Shown here one piece after another: positions 44,783 through 46,305 of a DNA stretch of 46,305 nt (position 1 is the first letter of the stretch; the number at the start of each line of letters is the position of its first letter). The position numbers were made by a program, and so were the translations under genes. The stretch spans positions 1 to 46,305 of the forward strand of contig CADAOK010000017.1 in assembly GCA_902789515.1 (NCBI GenBank), in the 5' to 3' direction. This stretch comes from Oscillospiraceae bacterium (lineage in GTDB: Bacteria; Bacillota; Clostridia; Saccharofermentanales; Saccharofermentanaceae). The notes beneath the pieces were generated by a model. It saw nothing but the letters and a program-made list of their open reading frames with translations, did no database searches and had not been told where the DNA came from.

Positions 44783-46221
44783 TGAAAAATATTTATGAGA
44801 GCCCTTTGAATTCAAGATATGCCAGCCCCGAGATGCAGTATATCTTCTCGCCTGACAAGAAGTTCACAACATGGAGAGAACTCTGGATCGCACTTGCTGA
44901 AGCTGAGAAAGAACTCGGTCTGAACATCACGGATGAGCAGATCGCTGACCTCAAGGCTCATAAGAATGACATCGATTATGAAGATGCCGCTGCAGAGGAG
45001 AAGATCCGCCGCCACGACGTAATGGCTCATGTTCATTCATACGGCAAGCAGGTCAAAGGTTCCGGTGCTGATGCCATAATCCATCTTGGCGCTACATCAT
45101 GCTATGTCGGCGACAATACGGACATCATCATCATGCGCGAGGCTCTGACACTCATCAGAAAGAGACTTGTAGTAGTTATCAGCAAGCTTGCTGAATTCGC
45201 TGAAGAATACAAGGCTATGCCTACATTGGGCTTTACTCATTTCCAGCCCGCTCAGCTTGTAACAGTAGGTAAGAGGGCAACACTCTGGCTCCAGGATCTC
45301 GTATTTGATCTTGAGACTGTTGAGAACGCCATCGCCTCTTTAAAGCTTTTGGGATGCAAGGGTACAACAGGAACACAGGCTTCATTCCTCGATCTGTTCG
45401 ACGGTGATCATGCCAAGTGCGTTGAGCTCGATAAGAAGATATGCGCAAAGATGGGATTCGAGTCCTCGTATTATGTATCGGGCCAGACTTATTCCAGAAA
45501 GATCGATTTCACAGTTCTTTCAGCACTTGCAGCCATCGCTCAGAGCGCTCACAAGTTCTCCAATGATATCAGACTTCTCCAGCATTTAAAGGAGATCGAA
45601 GAGCCTTTCGAGAAGAACCAGATTGGTTCCTCCGCAATGGCATATAAGAGAAACCCGATGAGATCTGAAAGGATCGCATCTCTGTCCAGATATGTAATAG
45701 CAGACCTTCTCAATCCTGCCATGACTTCTTCTGAGCAGTGGTTTGAGAGAACACTCGACGATTCCGCAAACAAGCGTATCTCAGTACCTGAGGCATTCCT
45801 CGCTGTTGATGCTATTCTTGGTATCTACACCAATGTTGCATCCGGACTTGTCGTTTATCCCAAGATGATCGAGAAGCATGTCCTTGACGAACTCCCGTTC
45901 ATGATGACAGAGAACATCATGATGGAAGTTACAAAGAAGGGCGGCAACCGTCAGGAACTCCACGAAGAGATCCGCCAGCTTTCCATGCAGGCGGGTTCTG
46001 TAGTAAAGAACGAAGGCAAGCCCAACGATCTTCTTGAAAGGATCGCAGCTGATCCGAAGTTCGGCATTACAATGGATGAGCTCATTTCCTTGAGAGATCC
46101 CAAGCTCTATATCGGAAGATGCCCTGAGCAGGTTGATGCATTCCTTGAAGAGTGTGTTAAGCCGGTTCTCGCTTCTCACGCTGATGACTTAACTGTCGGC
46201 GAGACCGAGATCAAAGTCTGA
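44782..46221 (+). CDS. purB: Adenylosuccinate lyase
   Basis: SRYAS, RHDVMAH, FTHFQPAQ, GSSAMAYKRNPMRSE, WFERTLDDS. Confidence 0.97.
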   Translation: MKNIYESPLNSRYASPEMQYIFSPDKKFTTWRELWIALAEAEKELGLNITDEQIADLKAHKNDIDYEDAAAEEKIRRHDVMAHVHSYGKQVKGSGADAIIHLGATSCYVGDNTDIIIMREALTLIRKRLVVVISKLAEFAEEYKAMPTLGFTHFQPAQLVTVGKRATLWLQDLVFDLETVENAIASLKLLGCKGTTGTQASFLDLFDGDHAKCVELDKKICAKMGFESSYYVSGQTYSRKIDFTVLSALAAIAQSAHKFSNDIRLLQHLKEIEEPFEKNQIGSSAMAYKRNPMRSERIASLSRYVIADLLNPAMTSSEQWFERTLDDSANKRISVPEAFLAVDAILGIYTNVASGLVVYPKMIEKHVLDELPFMMTENIMMEVTKKGGNRQELHEEIRQLSMQAGSVVKNEGKPNDLLERIAADPKFGITMDELISLRDPKLYIGRCPEQVDAFLEECVKPVLASHADDLTVGETEIKV

Positions 46222-46242
46222 TATTAAGGTCCTGTTGCAGAA

Positions 46243-46305
46243 ATGATCTATTTTGACAACAGTGCCACCACTTTTCCCACTGAACGCGTAAGAGCTGCAT
46301 GTTCG
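46243..46305 (+). CDS. Cysteine desulfurase family protein, 5' fragment (runs off window end)
   Basis: Manual translation MIYFDNSATTFPTERVRAACS matches the IscS/NifS-type N-terminal motif YxDxxATT. Confidence 0.75.
   Translation, partial: MIYFDNSATTFPTERVRAACS

Overview
A gene-dense chromosomal window from a Clostridia-type (Bacillota) bacterium, almost entirely on the + strand. Housekeeping blocks: engB (partial, - strand), comEC, a GH25 muramidase lipoprotein, holA, icd, a SEC-C protein, mreC-mreD-pbp2, an mgsA-like gene, an MBL hydrolase, pheST, a yerC-like gene, secA-punA-ahcY-acyl-CoA ligase, def-fmt-rsmB-rlmN-stp-pknB-rsgA-rpe-thiN, two aminotransferases, yraN, purB and the start of a cysteine desulfurase. 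Accessory parts: a three-gene Tad/Flp-type minor pilin operon (15.3-18.0 kb), a DUF5688-like gene plus a large sortase-anchored SpaA/ester-bond surface protein (34.5-40.0 kb), and a degenerate GGDEF-EAL gene. The best candidate for an undescribed system is the pilin operon. Its third pilin ends in a domain resembling the CdiA-CT EC869-type toxin nuclease, with active-site residues apparently lost and no immunity gene. Its first pilin has no leader peptide. Its promoter shares tandem TTTGTCG boxes with the comEC promoter, suggesting a co-regulated DNA-uptake apparatus. secA and rlmN each carry a frameshift, possibly assembly errors. I saw no rRNA, tRNA, CRISPR array, integrase or transposase. 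All family assignments come from motif recognition by eye, not database searches.
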